A stretch of 64,000 nucleotides of DNA from Azolla caroliniana (GCA_043228905.1 JBHGNT010000016.1:4526001-4590000), one strand, 5' to 3'. Positions 1 to 14,100 are shown, counted from the stretch's first letter. The notes: a model not told the origin generated them from the letters alone. Program-made: numbers and translations.

Positions 1-311
1 GCAATGATGTATTTGCTAGCCCATATAACACTTAGCCTATGCCACACTCACAGTAACTGTATGGAACTAGACACATAGAGATATACAAGCAATCAGACTA
101 TAATGGGGCTCTCATTTAAATTTAGCTCATGACTTTGATATAGTGAGGGTAATCTTAATACAAAGGGCATTTCTTTAATATTCTCCTTCTTCCTTTAATC
201 ACATCTTTAAAGGTTACAAGTCACTTGTATAAATGCATGAAGAGTTATGCGAAGTTTCTTGAAGCTTTTAAGAAGTAAATGAAATGTCTTGATGATGCCT
301 TTTATTCTCAG

Positions 312-1608
312 CTCCACCTTGACCATCCCCTGATTTCCCAGCTCCTTCAAACCAATGCCGACTTCCAACAGGCTGCTACAATGGCTACAACGTCTACATT
401 GGGGAATCTACATAGCCTCAAAACCAAAATTCCACAGCTCCGAGAAAAAATGTCTCTTCCATAGCTGCTCGAACAACTCCACGAGCTAATTCCGACAGGA
501 AGTGGCGTAATGCCAGGATCAAGTGTGAGCATTTGCAATCAAGCAGCCAAGCTAATCAAATACTACATTCAAAATTCCAAGCCCTCTCAAAAATGGCATA
601 GTAGTGCCGGTGATCTATTTCGGGAATATGGTTTCCACGAGTCCAATGGCAACTTCTTACAGACACTAGATATCTCTCAGCTGGTGAGCCTAGTTTCCGA
701 CATACGGATAATAATTAACCATGGGGCACACAATCCCTGGCCTCTTGACACGGGTGGACGGCTAAACGCGACCAATCACTTGGCAGCCAAAGACTTAACT
801 CGTATTTGTCTTCAGAAGTATTCAACCTGCCCTACTGCTACACTTGGCGCTGCTGATAACTACAGTAAGCCCTCAGCATCCCTAACCTACGCATGGGATG
901 TGGTTGTGGATGGGCCCTTCTTGCCCAATGTACCTCCTACTGCAATAAATGAGCAGGCCAAACGCCTGCTGGATTGCTTGAAGCATCGTGTGGATATCCT
1001 CCCGCATCTCTCCCAAATCAGGGGTGGTGCAGCTAAGAACAGAAGCTCATGGAGTGATGAGGATGAGGATGAGAAGGAGCTGGATGAAGAAGAACATGTT
1101 CAAGTGTCTCCATTGGATCTCATCATCCATCTATTGAGGATCTCAGATGTTCCCACCCATGTAGCAATCTATGGGCTCCTTCTCGAGCAACGTGCTGCAG
1201 TTCCCTTGGTACATGTCTCCACATCGCCACAACACAAGCTCCAGCACCATGCGCAAGCACTAAGCTATGTGGATGTAAAGCTAGCCAGACAGAACAAGCT
1301 CATCCTCACAAGGGACACGCAGCTGCCTCGTGTAGACTTCGCTTCCAATAAGAGGGTTTCAGACTCTCGAGCAGCAAGTGTGGCGAGCAACGCTCTCTGT
1401 TGTAACTTCATCAGTCGATACAATCGTATCAATATGGGTGAATCGCCGGTAGTTGAGGTGGGTTTAGGGTTTGTAAAGCCTGGCCAGGTGCAAGCTGGGT
1501 GTCAGGACGAGCCGCAACCTTGTCTGGCATTCCGTATAAATGGGCGGCTACACGAGAATCCGTGTATGATGGATTTTGTGAAGGCTATAGCTGATGTGAT
1601 TGTCTTGG
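312..1608 (+). pseudogene. VLIG/GVIN1-like very large GTPase, copy 1: truncated 5' part of the large exon
   Basis: Acceptor tttattctcAG at 310-311, then LHLDHPLISQLLQTNADFQ, homologous to the start of exon 3 of the intact copy (21478). In-frame TAG at 462-464. Shares NEQAKRLLDCLKHRVDILPHLS and VQVSPLDLIIHLLRISD with copy 3. Homology stops at about 1609, where the sequence jumps back to an intron-like duplicate of 169-240. Confidence 0.85.
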
Positions 1609-1748
1609 AATTTCTTTATATTCTCCTTCTTCCTTTAACTACATCTTTAAAGGTTGTCACATGTATAAATGGATCATAGAACCTCACATACTCCAATGCA
1701 TTTGCAAACATTCTTTTTCATAAATTTGCAAAGGAATGAGTCTGTTAT

Positions 1749-4700
1749 TGTAAAGAATCTAGTATGATTCTTGTGTAGCGGAATAGGTGTGAACTGTGTG
1801 TGTATATGAGAGAGAGAGAGTGAGAGAGAGAGAGACAAGGAATAATACACAGAGAATACGCAAGGTAAAAGTATATTAACAAAGGAGAAAGACTCGACCC
1901 AATACAAGGTGGGACGAGGGTGCTTTATATAGTCACCCTCTCTCTTCATTAACTACAAGACTCATGGAGCATGGGGAATGTGAAAGCTCATAAGTTATGT
2001 GTCATAAAATATGATTCTATGACTCATACTAAATGCTAGAATACAAAGAGGTGACATAATGGTGACTCTTGACCGTTGGAGTGTCTATTCACTCTCAAGG
2101 TGAGTTCACACACTAGACCAAGTTGAGCTTGATTCTCAACAGTTATAAAAACATACTTGTGCTTATTTTTCACACACTAGCCATACCGAACTTGTATAAC
2201 AAGTTGAGGATGTAGTGCCGTTGAGAAATCATGATTCCGGCCGAAGTCTAAATTACCTCGATGTCAAGGAAGTAGTGGAGTTCCTTCATGTCCGTCATCT
2301 CGAACTTGTCGGAAAGGAGGGATTTGACCTTATTGATTTCGATGAGATGCTCACCTCCAATGACTAGGTCATCCACATATAAGATGATGACGATCGGACT
2401 TGCGGAATCGCTTCGTATGTAGAGAGAGTTGTCCATTTTTTACATATGAAAGCCGATTTGATGAAGATATTGCGTTATCTTCGAATGCCAAGCACGCGGT
2501 GCTTGCTTGAGGCCGTAGAGTGGTTTCTTGAGTCGGCATACAGCTTTCGGATGGGTGCTCGAGTTGAAGTCGCGTGGTTGTATCATGTACACCTCCTCTT
2601 CTAATTCGCCTTGTCGTCCATCTGATGGAGGTGCCACCCTTTCGCCGCGTTTGTGCGTAGGTCTCCTCGTAGTCAACTCCGTGCGTTTGTGCGTAGCCTT
2701 TCGCTATGAGTCGCGCTTTGTAGCGGTTGACGGAACCGTCGGCGTTGTACTTCACTTTGTAAATCCATCTGCATCCGATCGCCTTTTTCTGGGTGAGGTG
2801 GGAACGAGATCCCACGTCTCATGGCTTCGATCCATCGCGGATCCTTGGCTGCTTTGGAAAATGATTCCGGCTCGCGTACTGTCACCACCTTCATCATAAA
2901 GGCATAGTGATATGCCATGTAGTCGTTGTAGCCGAATCGGTTGACCGAATTCTTTTCACGAGTGGAGCGACGAAGCTTTTCATTCGCAGAGTTGATTGCT
3001 TTCTTAGCTCCGATTGGTACATTGAAGCCGCCGAACTAACTGTCGAGTGAGTGAATCGATTCATCGTCGTCGAAGCGATCGTCTGCGTATTTCGCCATTT
3101 TCGTCTTGCCTTTGTCCATCTGCGGGCTAGGCCGTGATGTGCTTTGATCGCTCAAAGGCTCTTGTGGTTCCCTCGGTCGGGTTGTGAGCGGACTTCTTCG
3201 AACATGTGCGTAAGGTGATCTTCATCCTCTGTCTCTTGTTCGGCGGATTTCGGGTCGAGCGGAGTCGGAGTCGAAGTTGTCTCTGGTGCGTACCAGGATG
3301 CGAACTCCTCAAAAACGATGTCTCGACTTACTCGAGATTTTCGAGTTGAGGGGTTGTAGCATTTGTACCCCTTTTGCTCTAGTGAGTATCCTACGAGGAT
3401 ACATTTCTCCGACTTTGGGTCAAGCTTTTGACGCTTCTCGTCGGGGATGTGCACGTACGCTATCACGCCGAATATCCGGGTGTGCGATGAGTCTGGCTTC
3501 TTTCCGAAGTATTTTTCGTACGGAGTGACCTCGTGCACGCCGGATGTTGTGCATCGGTTCATTAGGTAGACGGCTGTATTTGCAGCTTCAGCCCAATAAG
3601 ACTTGGGCATATGCTTCTCGTTCATCATGGCCCACGCTACTTCGAGGATGTGCCGACTTTTGCGCTCGGCTACTCCATTTTGTTGCGGAGTGTGTCGACA
3701 AGTGAATTCTCGCCGAATTCCTTCCTTTCAGAGATACGTCGTGAAATCGTCCGAGAAGTACTCCTTGCCGCCATCCAATTGAAGGCATCGTACATGTCGA
3801 TCCGTGGCTTTCTTGACTTTATTCTTGAATTTTCGGAAGTGTCCGAACACTTCGCTCTTTTGCCGCATTGGGTAGATCCAAGTGTGCCTAGAGAAGTCGT
3901 CGATGAAGAGCAAGTAATATCGGCATTCGTCGAATGTAGCCATCTACGCCGGTCCCCATATGTCGGAATGGACTACGTCGAGTAGACCTTTGCTCACGTT
4001 CCGCTCTTTCGGGAATGGGTGTCGGTGTTGCTTGCCGAATTGGCACACTTCGCATACACCTTCAATCTCCTTCTCTTTGAATGTCGGGAGTCCGATGACG
4101 ACTCCTTTCGATTTCATTGCTTTGAGTTTGTTGAGATTGATGTGGCCGATTCGCTTGTACTATAGCTCTATGTCGGACTCAGCTTTCGTGCTTTTTGTGA
4201 ACATGGCGGATTTCATCTCGTGTGAATCGAGAATGAACATCCGGCCCTCTCTTCTTCCACGCGCGATGATTCGGCCCTCTTTTTCGATGAAGCACCCTTC
4301 TTGGTTGAATCGTACTTGCATCCCTTGCTCAACCATTTGGCCGACCGAGACCAAATTCTTTGTGATGGTGGGAACATGCAAGACATTTTTAATGTATGTT
4401 TGCTTACCTCTTTCACCGAACGGAACATTGTCGATGTGCCAAATCGGGTGCGTAATGTCATCTCCGGTTTCGACATAACCGGGTCGCTCCGGCTCTCGAA
4501 GTTCGAGAAACCATTCTTTATGAGATGTCATATGGTTTGAGGCTCTGGAGTCAACAAACCATACGTCCTCCAGATTGAGGGCACTAGTTGAGGTAGAGGC
4601 CGACATAGAGTTTGCTCTATGTTTTATCATGAACATTCCGCCACGGTCGGAGTTGTATGCGTACATTCCACCACGATCCTCATAGTCGGAGTTGTGCCCG

Positions 4701-6172
4701 TACATTCCGCTATACTCTTTGTAGTCGGAATTGTGCGCGTAATTCGTGAGTTGTCGCCTTGTGGAAGCCGATTCACGCATCTTCTTTCGGCACTCTTCTT
4801 CGTGGTAGCCGAGCTTTCCGCAATATCCACATTCGGTTGCGTTTTGACGGCTCGGGCCGGAGTGGAAACTCCCCCTTCTTGCGAAGGTTCCTCGTTGGCT
4901 TCCTTTTTGCGGCCGAAATTGGGAGTTGTTATCGTAGGTCAGACCTCGTTCGCCTTGTCCTTGGCCGAATCGGCCTCTCAACCGTTCGCGTCCTCTTCCT
5001 CCGTTCGAGTGTGTGTAGAGCATGTGGCTTCCGACTCATTGCTCCTTGTACGCATGGTGTTTTCTTCGACCAATAGCATTGATTGGAGCTCGAAGAAGGA
5101 GGGAGATTTCTCCCGTGCTAGAACAGCGGTTCGGATCGCGCCGAACCGTGGTGCGAGGCCGCCGAGGCATATTTGAACCATCTCATCATCATCGATATTT
5201 ACGCTTATCGAGCTGAGCGAATCACAAAGCTCCTTGATCTTCGAGGTCTATATCGTGATGGACATGTCCCTTTGTTGAATGTTGTTCAACTTTTTGCGGA
5301 GTTGAAGCCTTCTTGTGGTGGTGTTCGCCGCGAAAATCTTTCGTAGATTCTCCCATGCCTCCTTCGGCATCTTGGCTTCGCGAATGTAGCCGAGCATGTG
5401 ATTGTGAACACATTTCGCCAAGCAATACATCACGCGGCTTGCGGCTTGCTCCCATGTCGCGTATTCGGGAGTCGCTTCGGCGGGCCGGTCTTCATGCGCT
5501 CCTTTGATGTAGCTCCAATAGCCTTGTCCGACAAAGTATTGGTGCATCTTATACTCCCAAGATGCGAAGTTGTTTCGATCCAACTTCTCGGTAGGGAGAG
5601 CGCTCCCCATTTGAGTATTCATTATGTTGATTCTTCTTCTTCTTCTTCTCTCTTCGAATGCGAGCTATGTAGCGAAGCTACGATAGCCATGAGTCGGTTC
5701 TTGGTCGTCGGCGTGGAGCACAACACACGATCACAATGAGGCGAATGGGCTAGATCGAGCTACCAAATCGCTCTGATACCATGTAAAGAATCCGATATGA
5801 TTCTTATGTAGCGGAATAGGTGCGAACTGTATATGAGAGAGAGAGTGAGTGAGTGAGTGAGAGACACAAAGAATAATACACAGAGAATATGCAAGGTAAA
5901 AGTATATTAACAAAGGAGAAAGACTCGACCCAATACAAGGTGGGACGAGGGTGCTTTATATAGTCACCCTCTCTCTTCATTAACTACAAGACTCATGGAG
6001 CATGGGGAATGTGAAAGCTCATAAGTTATGTGTCATAAAATATGATTCTATGACTCATACTAAATGCTAGAATACAAAGAGGTGACATAATGGTAACTCT
6101 TGACTGTTGGAATGTCTATTCACTCTCAAGGTAAGTTCACACACTAGACCAAGTTGAGCTTGATTCTCGACA
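1749..6172 (-). mobile_element. Ty1/copia LTR retrotransposon A (degenerate, rearranged)
   Basis: LTRs 1749-2141 and 5782-6172 (TG...CA); 5-bp TSD GTTAT at 1744-1748 and 6173-6177; tRNA-Met PBS TGGTATCAGAG at 5771-5781 (minus strand). Fragmented gag, protease, integrase and RT in copia order. Confidence 0.93.
2170..5622 (-). pseudogene. Copia A gag-pol remnant
   Basis: Gag (LDRNNFASWEY), zinc knuckle CGYCGKLGYHEEEC, protease WFVDSRAS, integrase [24 protein letters not shown] and LYVDD. Multiple frameshifts and stops; distal RT and RNase H are missing. Confidence 0.9.
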
Positions 6173-6406
6173 GTTATAAAAACATACTTGTGCTTATTTT
6201 TCTCTTCTTTTTTTACGTATTTTACTGTTGAAAAAACGTTTTACCGTATAATAAATAATGAATACAAAAGTATGGTATTTACCATACTTGATTGAGAATA
6301 CTGATATGGTATGTATGGTTCATACTATGAAATGGATGAAGAGGGTTGTGAAGTTTCTCCACAATTTGAAGAAGTAAATGACATGTGTTGATGCCTTTAT
6401 TCGCAG

Positions 6407-9400
6407 CTCCACCTTGAGCGTCCCATGATTTCTCAGCTGCTGCAAACCAATGGGGACTTCCAACGGGCTACTACAATGGCTACAACGTCTACATTGGGGA
6501 ATCTACTTACCCTCAAAACTAAAATTCCACAACACCCAAAGAAAATGTCTCTTCCCCAGCTGCTCCAACAACTCCACAAGCTGATGCCGATGGGAATTGG
6601 TGTGATGCCAGAGACGAGTGTGAGCACTTGCAATCAAGCAGCCACGCTAATCAAATATTACATTCAGAATTCCGAGCCCCCTCAAAAATGGCATAGTAGT
6701 GCCAGTGATCTATTTCGGGAATATGGTTTCCACGACTCCAATGGCAACTTCTTAAAGATGCTAGATATCTCTCAGCTGGAGAGCCTAGTTTCCGACTTAG
6801 AGAAGATAACCAACTGTGGAGTGGCCCAATCTCAAGTTCTTCACTCGGGTGGACAGCAGATCGCAACCAATCACTTGGCGGGCGATGATTTTACTTGTGT
6901 TTGTCTTCAGAAGTACTCAGTCTGGCCTACTGCTACTCGGGCTTCTGCTCATAACTACTGCAAGCGCTCAGTCTTGCTGACCTACGTGTGGGACGTGGTT
7001 GTGGATCGGCCCTTCTTGCCCAATGTACCTCATGCTGCAATAAATGAGCAGGCCAAACGGCTGCTGGATTGCTTGAAGCATCGTGTGGACATCCTCCCGC
7101 ATCTCTCCCAAATCAGGGTGGTGCAGCTAAGAACAGAAGCTCATGAAGTGATGATGATGAGGATGAGAAGGAGCTGGATGAAGAAGAACATGTTCAAGTG
7201 TCTCCATTGGATCTCATCATCCATCTATTGAGGATCTCAGATGTTCCCACCCAGGTAGCAGCGCTCTCTGTTGTAACTTCATGAGCCGATACAATCGTAA
7301 CGATATGGCTGAATCGCCGGTAGTTGAGGTGGGTTTCGGGTTTGTAAAGCCCGACCAGGTGCAAGTTGGGCGTGAGGAGGAGCCACAGCCTTGTCTGGCA
7401 TTCCATATAAATGGGCGGCTACACCAGAATCCGTGTATGATGGATTTTGTAAAGGCTATTGCTGATGTGATTGTCTTGGAGTTGGGGTCAAAAGAGGACA
7501 TTGGAAACTCGGGAATGCTGCATGGTTCCGGAGGCCGGAAAATCGAGATGTTGCAATGGGTGTTTGATGGGCAGGAGTGCCAAGATAAGAGGGAGAAATT
7601 AATTTTGGGTGGAGAGACCTACATTGCCAATCAGACAGAGGAGTTTCTCCGTCACTTTCTGAAAAGGAAGCTGCTGTCATCACTCAATCAAACATCTAAT
7701 CACTTAGATCTGCGAAAGACTCTGGAATACGTGTGCATCAATCACTTAGATCTAAGCAATCCGGACCTTTTTAGTTTCAAGCAGCACGAACAGATCTTAT
7801 CAGCAGTTGACTTTGCATCAATGAAACAGGTCTTCTCTCTCCAGGAAAGCTTCAATAAAGAGACAAGCATACAGTTCCAGCTTTTGAATTTGAAGCATAA
7901 TCCCGCTTAAACTCAAAAGATGCAAAACAGTTGCGAGGACGAGAAGAGGAGGCGCGCCCAATTGGTTCCCAATGCCATGGAGAATAACCTGTTGATCCAT
8001 GTGTTCCATCATATTCTCACTATGCCAGATGCCAGCTCCTGAAGGGTGGGTATGATGTGGTTAGACAGGGTTATAGCAGAACAAATGCGGCCTCTCATGA
8101 AAGATGCCGAGCAGAAGAAAGACAAGGCATTGGACGAGTGGGATATGGATTACCGCAACACTGAATGTAGAGATAGGCACCTGCTTCTAAAACAAGGCTT
8201 TGTGGATTGGAAGGTTGGCATTGGAAATCTATGGAGGGAGATATGCCATATGTTTCTTGCTACTTCCATCAGGAAACTCGCAATGCTTGCCGCCTTGCAC
8301 TTACTAGATGCTTACCCCCTGGAGATCCTCGATGGTGATGCAGGAATGTTTTGCACGGACTGGGTGCAGACGGTGTTGGCCAAGCTTGACACATTGACCA
8401 GCCAAGAGCTCAAGAGGCCAGCCAGAATATGTATACTGAGCGTATTGGGCTTGCAGAACAGCAGCAAAAGCACATTGCTCAATCTTATGTTTGGCACACA
8501 GTTGCATGTGAGTGCTGGTGGATGTACTCGTGGTGTCTACCTCCAGGTCATCAAATCCGAACGACCAGAGTACGACTACTTGTTCCTTCTCGACACGGAA
8601 GGCATCAGGTCTCCTGAGTTTTACGGGCTTGATGACTCTCAGATCCGTGACAATCGTCTGGCTACATTCGGATTACTCCCGGCAGATGTCTCTATCATCA
8701 TGGTCTCTAACGAGGATGATGGTGGTCTCAAAGACGTTGTCCCCATGGTGCTGTTAGCTTTCAAGAGCTCTCGAATAGCAGAAAGCTACAGTAACAGGAT
8801 AAGATCGAAGATTGTATTTGTCTACCAGAGCGTCGACACAAATGATAAGATTAAGCTTAACGAAAATAAGCAGAAACTGAGAGAGCATTTAGGGATGGCT
8901 GCTGAGCATGTGAGGAACATGTCTCAACGCGGAACCCATTGTGCTAGTAGTAGAGGTGAGAATGTTGATCTGGATATGATGAAGCAGGACGGCAAGATGT
9001 TCCAGTCCATGTTCGGTGAAGGCATGCACATGGATAAAGACGACAGCCAGAGTGATGTGAAGTGCATGGGAAACCTGAAGAAAGGGCATACTCCGCCGAA
9101 TGATGTTCCGGAGTGGGACAAAAGATGGAGAGCCACCACTATAAAGGAGTGGAGTAAATATCTGACCCTAATGTGGGATAATATTTGTGATGCAGACTTG
9201 GATCCAAGCTTCAAAACAGCAATGGAAAGGGTCGCCCTTGAACAGGCATTGGCGAAAGGGCCACAGCTCAAATTAAACAAGAAGTTGATGGAGTTCGAAA
9301 AAGTCGAAAGTGATGTCAGGTCCAACAATTTAGGTGTCCAAAGCAGGTCGGCAAGAGCCACAGTCGTCGATAGCAATGTGAATGTATGTCGGAAGCTCTG

Positions 9401-10475
9401 ACAAGGGACGTGCGACGCATGTTGGAAACCACTATGTGGAAAAAATGGAAAGACCAAGAATTGAGCAAGTGGAACTCATTTTGCATTTCATTGCAGAATG
9501 ACTACAAATATAGGCTTCGCGATTTCATGAGCGGGGTGTTTGAATTCGAAGATGAGGTCAGTAGGTATGAACTGAAGATGAAGAAAGAGATCGTAGAATT
9601 AATCGACCAAGGGAAGTTGGATGCAGAGAAAAGTGGTGAAGTTTTCAGAGATATCTTCAATCGGATCGTGAGTGAGGCTACTGCAAAGCATGAACCTTTT
9701 GCTGAGAAAGTCTACATCTCTGTGAAACATCTATATGGCATATCGGACCTCACTAAAATGTTTCAGCTCCATTCCCATAAACCTACCATAAATTATTTGG
9801 TAGACCTGGTCCAACTTCTTCCTGGACATCAAGCCAGTAAACCTCGAGGCAGTGACAAACTGACAACTTTTTCTGGTAATATTGGAAAAGCACTGATGCG
9901 ACCATTCAGGAACTTCAACAATGGTGGAGAAGGTGAGAATGCACTCTCTCATCTAATGGAAATTTTAGCTGCGATTGTGAATTCCAATGTTCAGAATGTG
10001 GAGAAGTATGATGATGTGATTGTGATGAATATGATACAATCAACTACCAAGGTTCTTCAAGGTTTCTCTAGAGAGGAGCAGGAAGGTGGTCATCGTTTCG
10101 TCATGGATAATCTCATCCAAAGGCTAGAAGAGAAACAAATGGTGTGGGACAAGAAACATAATGTTGCCGAGAGGCTGAGAGAAGCAGAGCCTCAACTTCG
10201 TGGTTTCTTTGACGATTATGCTAACGGAGTGGGAGCTGCTAACATGCTCGTTTCAGAGTTGGAACGCCTGCTTGAAGCTCAACTCCAAAATGCACACCAT
10301 GAACTCCTAGTGAGAGTAGTCGTGGAGAACTTAACTAATAAAAGTTGGCTGATCAATTCGGATGCCATGAGAGCTTGCTTAGACTTGCACCTGTTAGTCC
10401 TTATCCAGAGAAACATGTTCAAGGTCCTCATTGCATATGTGAGTGACGGGCGTAAGCATTTCCAAGATGTCACGG
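6407..10475 (+). pseudogene. VLIG/GVIN1-like GTPase, copy 2, segment before the gypsy insertion
   Basis: Acceptor tattcgcAG at 6405-6406; colinear with 21478-26095. Frameshift near 7117, deletion near 7258, TAA at 7908, TGA near 8040, frameshift near 9390. P-loop degenerated to GLQNSSKS (8448-8471); DTEG retained. Confidence 0.9.
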
Positions 10476-11116
10476 TGTCGCGTTACTACGCGCGTGCGTG
10501 GAGAAATGAGGCGGGACCACCGGGGTCTTGGACCGAAGAGCAGGTGATAGACGGGGAATGAGAAAGAGAGAGACGCCCTGTCACGTATGAGTAAGAAAGA
10601 CAGGGGCACGGCCCGTCAACACAGAAGACGCGAAGGGACACAGAGATAGGGAGACACAAGTGTTTGTATATTAACAAGTAACAGAATACACAACAAAGCA
10701 CGCGAGCAGTTACAACCGAACAGGTCGGCGAACAGATGTCGATGCCTGTTCGTCTGCGCACGAAAGGAGGAAAGGGTGGAGGTGCTACCGGAAGCACACG
10801 GGCGTTCCTCGAAGCAACGTGAGCCTCCCGAAAACCTGCAGAGAAGAGCGAAGGAGAACGAACAGAGGAGAAGAGTTCGGTTACGGTCCGACAGCACTTC
10901 GTCCTCCTTAATGCGCGATCCCTTCTCCCTACGTCTCCCTCTCCTTTATAGCGTCAAGAAGGGAGTCGTCTCCCTCATTTACTTCCTACCTACCGAATCT
11001 AACTACCCAGGATATCTCTATGTACCTAATTCTCTATTATATACATTAAGAGCGCGCACACGTGAAGGGCCGGTTCATGTGCGCTATTCACCGATTGCGC
11101 CAAGGGACGGTTTCCT

Positions 11117-14100
11117 TCACGACATCCGCCCCCACCTAACCGCGCATCCACCGGTATGCGCCAAAATTGGGTTCTGGTTGGAGAAAACCGGTCCGGGTTC
11201 CGTTTTTTCGTCCATCGGTTCGCCCTCCGTTTCGGACTGTTCGTCTTCGCTGTCCAGGCCTATTAGATCCGGTTCATCGTCGTGGCGCTTCTTGAACACT
11301 TTGATCCGCTTCCCTGCTACCAGCATCGCCATCCTCGTACCGTCGAGTTCCGCCAGGTGATACGTCCCGTTGTCGTTGGTGCTCGTTACCACGTAAGGCC
11401 CGAACCACCGCTTCGCAAACTTCCGTGTTGCTCGGTGCTGGTTGTCGAGGCTGCTGTCGTAGACTAGCACCCAGTCGCCTTCCTCGATTTTCTTCGGTCG
11501 TAGCTGGTGCGTTCGGTCGAACCAGGCTTTGTTCTTCATCCTTGCCGTTGGAAGTCTCTCCGCCGCTCATTCCACGTCCTTTGGCCTCCGCTCGAGCTGT
11601 CGTATACGTGCCGCTAGCAGTTCTTCCCGACTCACCTCGTCCCTCCAATCTACTATCGCCCAAGAGGAGATCGTCCGTTCCATCGGCATGATCGGCTTCT
11701 GTCCGAACATGAGCTCTGACGGCATGAACCCGGTTACTGAACTGTGCGTTGTCCGGTCCGCCCACAAGGCATAAGGTAATAGCCGTGGCCAGTTCCCAAC
11801 CTGGCCTCCGCATGCCCGGACTAGCGCTTTGACGATTGGCCCGTGCCCGCGCTCTACCTTCCCGTTTGCCTCCGGATTGTACGTTGTGGTGAGTGAGAGC
11901 TTGACCCCTAACCGGTCGAACAGCTCCTCGACCTCTTCGGCGTCCAACTCCCCGCGGTCAACCACGATCTTTCCGATGCACCCGTACCGGCATATCACGT
12001 CCTCGATCAAGAACCGACACACGACCGCGGTCGTTTTGTTCTGCAGGGCTCGGCCTTCCACCTGGTTCGTCAGGTCCTCCCGGGCCAGCACCAGATATCG
12101 CATTTGCCCTACGCCCATCGGCATCGTCACCAAATCTACCATCCATTTGAAGTGGATGGCCGGAGGGTAAGTGGGGTGAAGCTTGTCCCGATGTCCCACT
12201 ATGGATTGCATCTGACGACTCTCACAAGTTGTCACGAACCGATGCACGTCCCGGTACAGTCCCGGCCACCAGTACTTCCCCTTTAGTTTCTCAAACGTGG
12301 CCCATGTCCCACGGTGTCCAGCCCAGGGGCTGTCATGGTAGGCCTTCGGCAACTCCTCTTGTTCCTCCTTCATCGCCACTACTCGGAGCAGGATGCCGTT
12401 TCTCTTCTTCGGGTGCTTCCACAAGTATCCGTCCCGGAGAAAGAATCGGTATGCTTTCTTCCGGATCCGGTTGGCCTCGTCCTTTGTCCTTTGTCCTCAA
12501 GAATCCCCCAATCTGTAGCCACTCCCCGTCGTACTTGCTTACGTTGAAATCGTTAAGCGTCGGAGTGCTCCCTCCCTCGGTTGTTGCGTAAGCCGCCTCG
12601 AAGAAGTCCACGCCGACTTCCTCGTCCTCCGAAACCATGATGCCCTCATCGTTGAATCGCGCCCTCGAAAGCATGTCGGCCATGGCATTGTCTTTCCCGG
12701 AAATGTGTCGTATTTCCGGATCCAGGGACTTGATGTACGCTATCCACCTGAGCATCGTCAGGTCCGGGGTTGCACATCCGGAAACCATGCCGAGAATCGG
12801 CAGGCAGTCCGTCTCGATAATCACTTCTGTCCCGATCAGATAGTCTTTATCGGCCTTCACCACTGAAACGATACCCCAGAGTTCGTGCTTAACCTGGGCG
12901 TATCCTCGCTGTCGCTCGTTGAGGACCTTCGCGCCGAACCGGATTGGGAACCGAATGTCGTCCTCATCTTCTTGGTTGACGACCCATCCGATCCCGGCCG
13001 GACTCGTATCTACCGTTATGTAGATGGGAGTGCCTTTCTCGTAGACAGCCTTCCGGAGTGCCGGTGCTGCAGAAAGAGCCTCCTTCATCTTTCGGACCGA
13101 CTCCGCATGCTCGTCTTGCCACTCGAATTTTCGCCCCTTTTTTAGCAACCCGTATAGCAGCTCGGCAATGTGGGCGTAATGTGGGATCCATATGTGGTAA
13201 AACGCGCATGCTCCCAAAAACCTACGTACCTCCATGACCGAGTTACAGTCGGGCTTCATTGAGGAGATGGCTTCCACCTTAGCCGGAGACGGTTTCCGGC
13301 CATACGGCCCGCATAGATGTCCGATGACCATGATCTCTGATTGCCCGAAGGCCGATTTCTCCCCGGAGAAGGTGAGCCTCGCATCCTCTAGCCTCTGCAA
13401 CACCCTCTCGCAGTCGTCAATGTGTGTCGCCACGAATTTCTGGCATCCGTCCGGTCCAACCGTTTCGTCCCTTTCCTCTACCGGACATCCCTTGATCGAG
13501 ATGTCGTCCAAGAATGGCATGGTGATGTCCGGGATACAATCCCTCAGCACCTTGTTCATTGCATTCACCATGTGGGCCACCGAGTTCGTCCCTCCTTGTG
13601 GCAGGGTGCACATCCGCATTAGGCCGAGAGGAGTCTGCATCGTCGTAATGTCTCTGCTCTCTACGGCTAGTTGGAACTGATTGTACCCCGAGTACAGATC
13701 ACCGACCGAGTAGATCGACCTTCTGGCGAAGGCCTCCGCGAACTCGTCTATCGTTGGTCCAATTCCTGCGTTCCGAATGGTCACTCTGTTGACCGGTTGC
13801 AGGTCTTGAATGAAGCGCAACGTCCCGTTCATCTTCGTTACGGTAAACCACCGGTTCGAGTACGGGGCACTCAACGGTTCGAGGATGCCCATATCGACTT
13901 TCTGTCTCAATAGCTCCATCAGCTCCGGGATGTGAGCTCTCGGTACCGAAATTGGCTTGAGATTCCATGGTACATGCGGTACCGTGAATATCACCATCAG
14001 CTTCACGACTGTCGGGTCTACGCACCCGATCTCTTCCGGTGAGAATGCGAAGGCTTTCCCGTGCCTTCCGAGCATCCTCTGAAACCGGTCTTCTTCCGCC

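Larger units (their letters stand above)
1675..6329. mobile_element. Small non-autonomous hAT-like DNA element (about 0.2 kb of its own sequence) carrying a nested copia element
   Basis: 8-bp direct repeat AAATGGAT at 1667-1674 and 6330-6337. The paralogous empty sites (about 231-238 and about 62173-62180 on the minus strand) carry a single copy. Imperfect TIRs CATAG..AACC..ACATAC / GTATGTATGGTT..CTATG. An 8-bp TSD is typical of hAT elements. Confidence 0.6.
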
